Assembly: GCA_964495235.1 (NCBI GenBank)
Contig: CAZBVD010000003.1
Location: 1-24,994, forward strand
Source of the DNA: an uncultured Dysgonomonadaceae bacterium
Lineage (GTDB): Bacteria > Bacteroidota > Bacteroidia > Bacteroidales > Dysgonomonadaceae
DNA: 24,994 bases
Direction of reading: 5' to 3'
The number at the start of each line of letters is the position of its first letter. The first letter of the stretch is position 1. A program made the translations under genes and the position numbers. Shown here piece by piece: positions 9,475 through 16,754 of this stretch. A model generated the notes under the pieces. It made no database searches and was not told the origin of the DNA. It worked only from the letters and a program-made list of their open reading frames with translations.

Positions 9475-10368
9475 ATGAAAACATTAAAGAATTACAAGAA
9501 GTATTTGATGATGTTGCTTTCGCTCATCTTTATTTTATCATGTTCTCGCAAAGAAGAAGAGTTAATAGCAGATTATACTGCTCCCCAAGAATTACCAGCA
9601 AATTTAGTGCCTGGTACTCCGTTAAATGATCGAATTCTGAAATTGTATAAAGATTTTGGTGTAATAGTATATGCGGATACTATTATTGGTGCTCGATTAT
9701 ATAAGGATCTAGTTTCAGAAGAATCTTTACAAATAGCAAATCGCAGACCCCCTCATACTGAGGCAGCTTTGCTCTATGTAAATATGATTGAAGATGAATT
9801 TATTGATGTTTTACCTACAAATAAAAGGAATCTTATATTTAGGAATTTTTATCTATTTGAAAATAAACTTTCCAGTGGAACTAATCCAGCTTCAAATACA
9901 GATTATATATCTTATGTTTGGTACAATTCAAACTCTGATCTTACTGTTGGCGGATTAAATATGGAAACACTAGATACCATTCAGCTAAAGCAGACTTTCT
10001 TCTATGGATTGTCTAATGTTTTACGTAATCGTCCACAAAACACTCAGAATTACTACCAACCTTTCATACAACTTAAAACTAATGCAGGAGTTTATTATTG
10101 GCAAGTAACTGATTTAACTTCAGCATATAAGATTGGTTTTCTTAGTGATAATCAAAATCTAATTAAATCAGATCAACAGGATTTCGATCTTTTTGCAGCT
10201 TGGGCGGTAACAACTGCACCTCAGCAAAGAGATAGTATATTGAATGAAAACTCCTTGCTTCGACAGAAATATAATTTGGTAACTGCAATGTTTAGACAAG
10301 AGGGTATACTTTTAAACGATATAAATAATGCTTGGCAAATGAGTCCTTATAATCCATTAAACAACTAA
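9475..10368 (+). CDS. Lipoprotein resembling the SusCD-associated putative zinc-binding metallopeptidase family but lacking HExxH
   Basis: Lipobox (FILSC). ILKLYKDFGVIVY, AYKIGFLS, QDFDLFAAW and LRQKYNLVTAMFRQEGI resemble motifs I recall for that family (by eye only). Confidence 0.5.
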   Translation: MKTLKNYKKYLMMLLSLIFILSCSRKEEELIADYTAPQELPANLVPGTPLNDRILKLYKDFGVIVYADTIIGARLYKDLVSEESLQIANRRPPHTEAALLYVNMIEDEFIDVLPTNKRNLIFRNFYLFENKLSSGTNPASNTDYISYVWYNSNSDLTVGGLNMETLDTIQLKQTFFYGLSNVLRNRPQNTQNYYQPFIQLKTNAGVYYWQVTDLTSAYKIGFLSDNQNLIKSDQQDFDLFAAWAVTTAPQQRDSILNENSLLRQKYNLVTAMFRQEGILLNDINNAWQMSPYNPLNN

Positions 10369-10382
10369 CTAAACATAAAATA

Positions 10383-11891
10383 ATGATGAATATCATTAAG
10401 TACTTCTTGATTTTTTACTGTGCTTTAATATCATTAAGTTCATGTAACAGTGTTGAGGATAATAAAAATAAACCTCCGAAAAATAATACTTCATGGATTA
10501 CGGGTCAAGTTTCTAATTTTGTAGATACATCGTTGGTTTTTTCTTATTATCCTTATGAATTTCTAGAAAATCTTAAAACAGAAGTGGTGCAATTTGATAA
10601 TAACGGCAACTTTAAAGTGAAATTTAATTTGTCCAGTCCTATCAAAGGTTGGTTTTCATTCGGTAAAGTGCCTATTACAGAAGAATTTACTTATAAAACC
10701 ATATATGATAATGATACTATAGCAAAGACAGGAACTTTTGATTTTAGGATGGTTTACGTGTATCTTGAACCTGGAGATAGTCTAAATTTAAAAGTTGATA
10801 CCGAAAATATAAGCAAATCATTGTCTTTCTCTGGGGATGGTGTGAGTAATAATAAATTCGTAAATGCGGAAGAAGGTTTGTTCAATAGTTACAAGCATAA
10901 GTTTCTTAATAACTACTACGATTTAACTTTTAGAAAACCAAATGATTACAAAAAAATTGTAGATCTAAATTTAGAAAAAAAACTAGCATTTATAGAATCT
11001 TATAATGATACTAGTGAATTAAGTCCATTCTTAGTTGACCATTACAAAACCAATTATTACGCAAATGCAATTGGCGCTAAAGTAAACTATCCAAAACTTC
11101 ACTCCAGTTATAATAACAACAGCGAAATTAAACTTCCTGATGATTATTATGATTTTTTGGATAAAGTAAATCTAGAAGGTGAGATCAGCAAATATGGAAT
11201 AGGTTATTTTTATAATCTTAAAGCTTATCTTCAGAAAAAATTTGAAGTTTCTTCAGAAAAAACAAAAGAGGAAATGGATTTCTATGAATGGACTAGTACA
11301 GAATTGCCAGAAACCTCAAGATTCCAGTTTATGGCTTATTCTCTAGGCAACGATTTTTCTCGTAGGCTTTACGATGAATTTGGTGAAAACAGTCCTTTCC
11401 CGGAAATCTCAAAAGTTGTAAAAGAAAAGTATAGCCATTTAGAGGGTATGTTAGAAGGTAGTCTTGCTCCTAATGTGACCTTCCGAGACATAAATAACAA
11501 TCCAGTTTCTTTAGCTCAATTTAAGGGTAAATACACCTATATAGATCTGTGGGCAACTTGGTGTGGGCCATGTATTAATGAAATACCAAGCCTAAAAGGG
11601 TTGGAGGAAAAATATGGAGACAAAGATATTCATTTTGTCAGTGTAAGTGTAAATGATAAAAAAGATATTGATAAATGGAAGAAATTCATCATTGACAATA
11701 ATCTCACTGGCATACAATTAATTTCAAGCAAGGAAACATATGATACTTTATCTACTGCTTTTAATATAAAGATGATTCCTCGGTTTGTGCTTTTAGATCG
11801 AGATGGAGCTATTGTTAATGCAACAGCGCCATTCCCTTCAGATCCTGAATTAATAAAGCTTTTTGAAGAGTGTGGAATTCGTGCTAAATAA
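10383..11891 (+). CDS. TlpA/ResA-like thiol-disulfide oxidoreductase lipoprotein with a long N-terminal domain
   Basis: Lipobox (SLSSC). C-terminal APNVTF...GKYTYIDLWATWCGPCINEIPSL...IPRFVLLDRDGAIV (CxxC, cis-Pro). Confidence 0.9.
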   Translation: MMNIIKYFLIFYCALISLSSCNSVEDNKNKPPKNNTSWITGQVSNFVDTSLVFSYYPYEFLENLKTEVVQFDNNGNFKVKFNLSSPIKGWFSFGKVPITEEFTYKTIYDNDTIAKTGTFDFRMVYVYLEPGDSLNLKVDTENISKSLSFSGDGVSNNKFVNAEEGLFNSYKHKFLNNYYDLTFRKPNDYKKIVDLNLEKKLAFIESYNDTSELSPFLVDHYKTNYYANAIGAKVNYPKLHSSYNNNSEIKLPDDYYDFLDKVNLEGEISKYGIGYFYNLKAYLQKKFEVSSEKTKEEMDFYEWTSTELPETSRFQFMAYSLGNDFSRRLYDEFGENSPFPEISKVVKEKYSHLEGMLEGSLAPNVTFRDINNNPVSLAQFKGKYTYIDLWATWCGPCINEIPSLKGLEEKYGDKDIHFVSVSVNDKKDIDKWKKFIIDNNLTGIQLISSKETYDTLSTAFNIKMIPRFVLLDRDGAIVNATAPFPSDPELIKLFEECGIRAK

Positions 11892-12766
11892 TATAATACT
11901 AACATGAGTTTTACTATATAGATTTTGCTTTTCGAAAACTCGAAAACTCGAAAGAGAGTGAGAGAGAGTAGATAGTTGATTCATCTGGTTTGAATAGATC
12001 AAATTTATGAGAAATCGTTGTCTTTGTTATAGCTGTGTTTTGACAATCAGATAACTATCAATATCATTTTTCGACTTGCTGCTCTTTAGAGTTTTATGAA
12101 TTAACTGCATTGTTATAATATGACAAAGCATGTCAGATTATTATGGGTAACGCTCATTAAAAATAGCAATGTTTTTCATACAAGAAAGAGATTGATAAAG
12201 AACTGAATAAATATAATGCACGAGGTTTTAATCTCAAAAAAGTAGGGTAACAAAAGCAGTCCAAATTTGCTGTAATTTGTATACTGAGGTGCAACAAGTT
12301 GAAGAATCCTTATCTTTTATCTAAAATTTTGGGGAGCTTATAAATCTAAAAATTGTTTCAATCTCTCTTTCATCCGAGGTAAAAAGTCTTTATCTCTGAA
12401 AGTATTATTCTGCATTTGTGTTGCAGCATATTGTCTAGGTTTTATTCTGCCGCCCAAATCTTTAGAGTATTACGGATTTATCTAAATAGAGATGCTGTTT
12501 TTAATCTAAAGCAGCAATAAATCTTTGCACATAAAACTATTAAAATAAGTTTTGTGTGCTTCTTCTTCTTCTTCTTATTATTATTAAAGTTTAAATTGCT
12601 GTACATATTCTATAATCGGACCAAAAACACATGCAAAACTATGAGTCTTTTTATATCTTTTATTGAATCTCTCTTCTAACTGATTTTTTCTAACAGAATA
12701 ATCATGTAAATAGGTCTAAACAATATATCTTACTTGCGAAAGTTGAGATATATTAACTGTAAATAT

Positions 12767-13029
12767 CCTCCGAAAGCATGAATCTTTTTTATTTAAACTC
12801 TCGGAGCTTTTTTGGCTGTAATTTGTTTTTTAGACTGTTTCAAAAACTTGAGTATCGTGGTATATAGATCCTGTCGAAATACAGTATCTGTCGTTTTCTT
12901 CTAAATACTATCCATTCTTTTAGCTTCTCAACAGCATTAAACTCTTGTTTTAATCGACAGATAAAGTATAAATTAGTATTTTTGTCAATCAGATATACAA
13001 TTCAAACAACCATTGTTTGAATTGCTTGT
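12767..13029 (+). repeat. 263-bp direct repeat, copy 2 (cysS upstream region)
   Basis: Matches 2177-2439 at 248/263 and ends 32 nt before the cysS ATG. Confidence 0.97.
12977..13024 (+). promoter_or_regulatory. Probable cysS -7 element plus a 12-bp perfect inverted repeat
   Basis: TATTTTTG at 12977-12984. caattcaaacaa (12998-13009)-cca-ttgtttgaattg (13013-13024). Confidence 0.55.
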
Positions 13030-13061
13030 AACGGTGCTATTAACTATTAAGGTTATTTATT

Positions 13062-14534
13062 ATGACACAACAATTGGTTATTTATAATACGCTCAGTCGC
13101 GAAAAAGAAGTTTTTAAACCCTTGCATCCAACTCATGTTGGGTTGTATGTATGTGGTCCAACAGTATATGGCGACCCACATTTGGGGCACGCTCGTCCAG
13201 CAATAACATTTGATTTACTATTCCGCTATTTGCAACACATTGGCTACAAAGTGCGCTATGTGCGCAATATTACCGATGTGGGTCATCTGGAAAATGATGC
13301 AGATGAGGGTGAAGATAAAATTGGCAAGAAAGCACGCCTTGAAGAGTTAGAGCCCATGGAGGTGGTGCAGTTTTACACCAATAGTTATCATAAGGCAATG
13401 GACTCTCTTAATGTGTTGCGCCCTTCTATAGAGCCAAGTGCTTCGGGTCATGTGATGGAACAAATAGAGATGACACAAGATATACTTGACAAAGGCTTTG
13501 CATACGAAAGCAATGGGTCGGTATATTTTGATGTTGAAAAATATAACAATGCACACAACTATGGCATTTTGTCTCGCAGAGATATTGATGAGTTGTTGGA
13601 GTCTACACGTGAACTTGACGGACAAGATGAAAAACGGAGAAGAGCCGACTTTGCACTCTGGAAAAAAGCATCGCCCGAACATATTATGCGTTGGAAAGCA
13701 CCTTGGAGTGTGGGTTTTCCGGGATGGCACATTGAGTGCTCCGTAATGAGTACACGCTACTTGGGCAATGAGTTTGATATTCATGGTGGTGGACTCGATT
13801 TATTGTTTCCTCATCACGAGTGCGAAATAGCGCAGAACACTGTAGTTAATGGCAAACCATCGGTTCGTTACTGGATGCATAATAATATGATTACTGTAAA
13901 CGGAACAAAAATGGGCAAGTCGATGGGTAATTTCATCAACCTCGAGGAGTTTTTTAACGGCACTCATCGCCTCTTAGACAAAGCCTATGAGCCAATGACT
14001 ATTCGTTTCTTTATATTGCAATCGCACTATAGAAGTATCGTCGATTTTAGTGTTGATGCTTTGCATGCTGCAGAGGTTGCACTTAAAAGATTGCTAGATG
14101 CATCAAACCATATTGCCAATATACCTGTAAGCGATGCTTCAACTGTTGAGGTAAAAGAATTGCGTCAGAAATGCTACGATGCAATGAACGACGATCTGAA
14201 CACACCCATAGTGCTTTCGCACTTGTTTGAAGCTACACGCATAATTAACTCTGCAATTGCTGGTATAGAAAAGCTATCGCAAGAAGATTTGGATGAATTA
14301 ACCGAACTGTTCAAGATATTCTTACACGAATTGCTAGGCATTGAAGACAGATCTGCACTAAAAGACAGCAACTACGAAGCTTTTAAAAAAGCTGTGAATA
14401 TGTTGTTGGAGATGAGACAAGAGGCCAAATTGAACAAAGACTGGGCTACATCGGATAAAATTCGTGACGACCTTACTAAAGCAGGGTTTGTTATAAAAGA
14501 CACAGCTACAGGATTTGAGTGGAGTTTGGCGTAA
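13062..14534 (+). CDS. cysS: Cysteine--tRNA ligase
   Basis: [18 protein letters not shown] (HIGH), [48 protein letters not shown] (KMSKS), and C-terminal [11 protein letters not shown] anticodon-binding helix. Confidence 0.99.
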   Translation: MTQQLVIYNTLSREKEVFKPLHPTHVGLYVCGPTVYGDPHLGHARPAITFDLLFRYLQHIGYKVRYVRNITDVGHLENDADEGEDKIGKKARLEELEPMEVVQFYTNSYHKAMDSLNVLRPSIEPSASGHVMEQIEMTQDILDKGFAYESNGSVYFDVEKYNNAHNYGILSRRDIDELLESTRELDGQDEKRRRADFALWKKASPEHIMRWKAPWSVGFPGWHIECSVMSTRYLGNEFDIHGGGLDLLFPHHECEIAQNTVVNGKPSVRYWMHNNMITVNGTKMGKSMGNFINLEEFFNGTHRLLDKAYEPMTIRFFILQSHYRSIVDFSVDALHAAEVALKRLLDASNHIANIPVSDASTVEVKELRQKCYDAMNDDLNTPIVLSHLFEATRIINSAIAGIEKLSQEDLDELTELFKIFLHELLGIEDRSALKDSNYEAFKKAVNMLLEMRQEAKLNKDWATSDKIRDDLTKAGFVIKDTATGFEWSLA

Positions 14535-14538
14535 TTGA

Positions 14539-14589
14539 GAGTTAAAAGATAATACTTCGACAAGCTTAGTAACCGTAAGTTAAAAGTTG
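14539..14589 (+). repeat. 51-bp dispersed repeat (tacttcgacaagctYagtaacc core), inverted relative to 24729-24779
   Basis: 47/51 identity to the reverse complement of 24729-24779. Confidence 0.9.
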
Positions 14590-14601
14590 CAACGTAGTGA
14601 A

Positions 14602-15010
14602 TAATACCACCCCTTTCGGGGTTTGGGTAACTCTTAATTGACGTATTACTATAATAATGTCAGCCCTCTGGGCTTTCAAGCAGAAACCTTATTGGGGCGA
14701 TAAAATTATTGTATTAATATAACTCCAAGAGTGGGGTTGTCATTTTAGCATTTTAGAAATATAAGAACAACAGAACCCCTACAAAGGTGCAGTTATTGTA
14801 GCATTTGTTGATATAAGAATAACAGAAACCCCGCAAAGGATGTAATTATTATAGCATTAGGTGATATAAAAAAACAGAAACCCCGCAAGGGGTGTAATTA
14901 TTATAGTATTTGGTATTATATAATTAACAGAACCCCGCAAGGGGTGATATTATTATAGCAATCAATGATATAAGAGCAACATAAACCTCACAAGGGGTGG
15001 CATTATTAAA
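14602..15010. repeat. Left hairpin array of the TnpA locus (REP/BIME-like)
   Basis: Two reverse-oriented hairpins (14609-14622, 14662-14674), two degenerate units, then forward units at 14771, 14823, 14875, 14928 and 14980 (period 52-53 bp). Core cagaaACCCC-gcaa-GGGGTg followed by an AT-rich TATTATAGCA linker. Confidence 0.93.
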
Positions 15011-15021
15011 ACAAATCTATC

Positions 15022-15486
15022 ATGCCCAGAACATTTTCACAAATTTATGTACAAGTGGTTTTTGCTGTACAAGGCAGACACAATCTAATTGGTAAATCTT
15101 GGAAAGATGAACTGAATAAATACATATCAGGTATTATAACTAATAAAGGACAAAAGTCAATCATTGTAAATGGAATGCCTGACCATATACATGCCTTTAT
15201 TGGATTAAAACCTTCTATGGCTGTTTCAGACTTGGTTAGGGATATTAAAAACAATTCCTCAAATTTTATCAATAAAAATAGATTTGTAAAAGGTCGTTTT
15301 GCATGGCAAGAAAGTTTTGGTTCATTTTCATATTCACACTCGCATATTGAACAGGTTTATAATTATATCCTCAATCAAGAACAACATCATCAAAAGAAGA
15401 CATTTAAAGAGGAGTATTTTGAATTCCTTGACAAATTTCAAATTGAGTTTGATGAAAAGCATTTATTTGATTGGATAGAAGAGTAA
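15022..15486 (+). CDS. HUH/Y1 tyrosine transposase (IS200/IS605 TnpA-like or REP-associated), no TnpB partner
   Basis: 154 aa. HUH motif MPDHIH, VRDIKNNSS, FAWQESFGSFS, catalytic YILNQ (YxxxQ). Confidence 0.92.
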   Translation: MPRTFSQIYVQVVFAVQGRHNLIGKSWKDELNKYISGIITNKGQKSIIVNGMPDHIHAFIGLKPSMAVSDLVRDIKNNSSNFINKNRFVKGRFAWQESFGSFSYSHSHIEQVYNYILNQEQHHQKKTFKEEYFEFLDKFQIEFDEKHLFDWIEE

Positions 15487-15840
15487 TGCCACCCCTTGTG
15501 GGGTTTGGGTAACTCTTAATTGACGTATTACTATAATAATGTCAGCCCTCTGGGCTTTAAATTGAGAGACCATGTAATAATTTTTAGTCATATTTCTGAC
15601 AACGGTGTTTGTGTTATAAGATAACTTTGTAGAGAACAAGTTTATTGCATCAAGATAACCCCCAAGAGTAGGGCAATTATCGCAGCATTTGTTGATATTA
15701 GAATAACAGAAACCCCGCAAAGGATGTAATTATTATAGTATTAGGTGATATAAAAAAACAGAAACCCCGCAAGGGGTAATATTATTATAGCAATCAATGA
15801 TATAAGAGCAACAAGAACCCCATAAGGGGTGATATTATAA
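15484..15840. repeat. Right hairpin array of the TnpA locus
   Basis: Two reverse-oriented hairpins (15491-15504, 15544-15556), about 95 nt of unique sequence, then units at ~15655, 15707, 15759 and 15812. Blocks are near-identical to the left array. Confidence 0.93.
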
Positions 15841-15887
15841 AATGAGCTCTATTCTTATTAAACAGCAACTTTAATATATTTGTATTT

Positions 15888-16691
15888 ATGCAACTACTGC
15901 TCTCCCCCGCTAAACTGATGAGTTTTAAAGATAAAACAGAATCTGTGACAGGAGCAACCCCTCTGTTTACAGATAAAACAAAACACTTGGTAGAGTTTTG
16001 TCAACAGTTATCGGTAAACGAAATTGCAAAGCTGCTAAAGGTAAACGTGAAGATGGCACACGAGGTGTATGGCCAGTTTCAGACGTTTCATTTAGATAAT
16101 GATGTGGAGCGCAGCGCGGCTTTCACATTCAATGGTATTGCTTATCAAGGACTCAATATTCATGATATGTCAGCCTCAGAATTGCAGTTTACACAAGAGC
16201 ACCTCAACATTCTATCGGGTATGTACGGATTGTTGCGACCTCTTGATACAATTAAGCCCTATCGGTTGGATATGAACACACGTATATCTCCTGATGATGG
16301 CATCAACAGTAGTGACAATCTAAACACCACCTATCCAAAATCTAACTATTTGTATGGATATTGGCAAGAGACTGTTAATAACTATCTGTCTGAAAAGCTG
16401 AATGATGACGATAATATAATTATCAATCTTAGCTCCTCAGAGTATTACAAGCTTATTGTGCCCACACTTCTACCCAGTAAAACAAGGATGATAAATATTG
16501 CTTTTAAAGAGCAAAAAACCGATGGCTTGAAACAAGTAGTAGTGTATGCAAAGAAAGCACGCGGAATGATGGCGCGCTATATTATCAAAAACAAAATCAC
16601 CAAGGTTGAAGATATTAAAGGGTTCGATATGGAAGGATATTTCTATTCTCCCGCCCAATCTTCTCCTGCCCAGTGGACGTTTGTAAGATAG
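15888..16691 (+). CDS. yaaA: YaaA / UPF0246 peroxide-stress DNA-binding protein
   Basis: LLSPAKLM, FNGIAYQGL, ILSGMYGLLRPLDTIKPYRLDM, IINLSSSEY, YAKKARGMMARYI. Confidence 0.93.
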   Translation: MQLLLSPAKLMSFKDKTESVTGATPLFTDKTKHLVEFCQQLSVNEIAKLLKVNVKMAHEVYGQFQTFHLDNDVERSAAFTFNGIAYQGLNIHDMSASELQFTQEHLNILSGMYGLLRPLDTIKPYRLDMNTRISPDDGINSSDNLNTTYPKSNYLYGYWQETVNNYLSEKLNDDDNIIINLSSSEYYKLIVPTLLPSKTRMINIAFKEQKTDGLKQVVVYAKKARGMMARYIIKNKITKVEDIKGFDMEGYFYSPAQSSPAQWTFVR

Positions 16692-16754
16692 TATTGCAAC
16701 TGTCTTTTCTATGAAATAATAGTTCTATTCTTCATCTATATCCTTACAATAATT

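Larger units (their letters stand above)
2177..13029. mobile_element. Putative horizontally acquired island bounded by 263-bp direct repeats; no integrase or transposase inside
   Basis: Direct repeats at both ends. Spot-counted 60-nt lines give 27-40% GC inside versus 40-53% in flanking genes (few lines sampled). Self-contained sigma-antisigma-SusCD cassette. Confidence 0.6.

Noticed and set aside
4448-11891. Polysaccharide utilisation locus
   Set aside because: No recognisable carbohydrate-active enzyme in or next to the cluster.
12641-12652. Possible third partial copy of the 263-bp repeat (atgagtcttttt)
   Set aside because: Only 12 nt, half of it a T-run, in AT-rich DNA; compatible with chance.
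2177-13029. ICE, prophage or composite transposon
   Set aside because: No integrase, relaxase, conjugation, phage or transposase genes lie between the repeats, and the repeat has no terminal inverted repeats.
13030-13061. T-box or riboswitch upstream of cysS
   Set aside because: The leader is too short and I see no T-box or specifier motifs. No rRNA or tRNA gene was recognised anywhere in the window.
15463-15720. 85-aa minus-strand ORF, considered as a TnpB or partner protein
   Set aside because: It lies across the repeat array, is far too short for TnpB, and shows no RuvC or zinc-finger motifs.
14602-15840. CRISPR array interpretation of the hairpin repeats
   Set aside because: The linkers are homologous to each other and duplicated across the two arrays rather than unique spacers. 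Orientation switches, and no cas genes are present.
16285-16350. Short polar insertion in YaaA (SPDDGINSSDNLNTTYPKSN) as a mobile remnant
   Set aside because: It is in frame and matches no local repeat; most likely ordinary loop variation.
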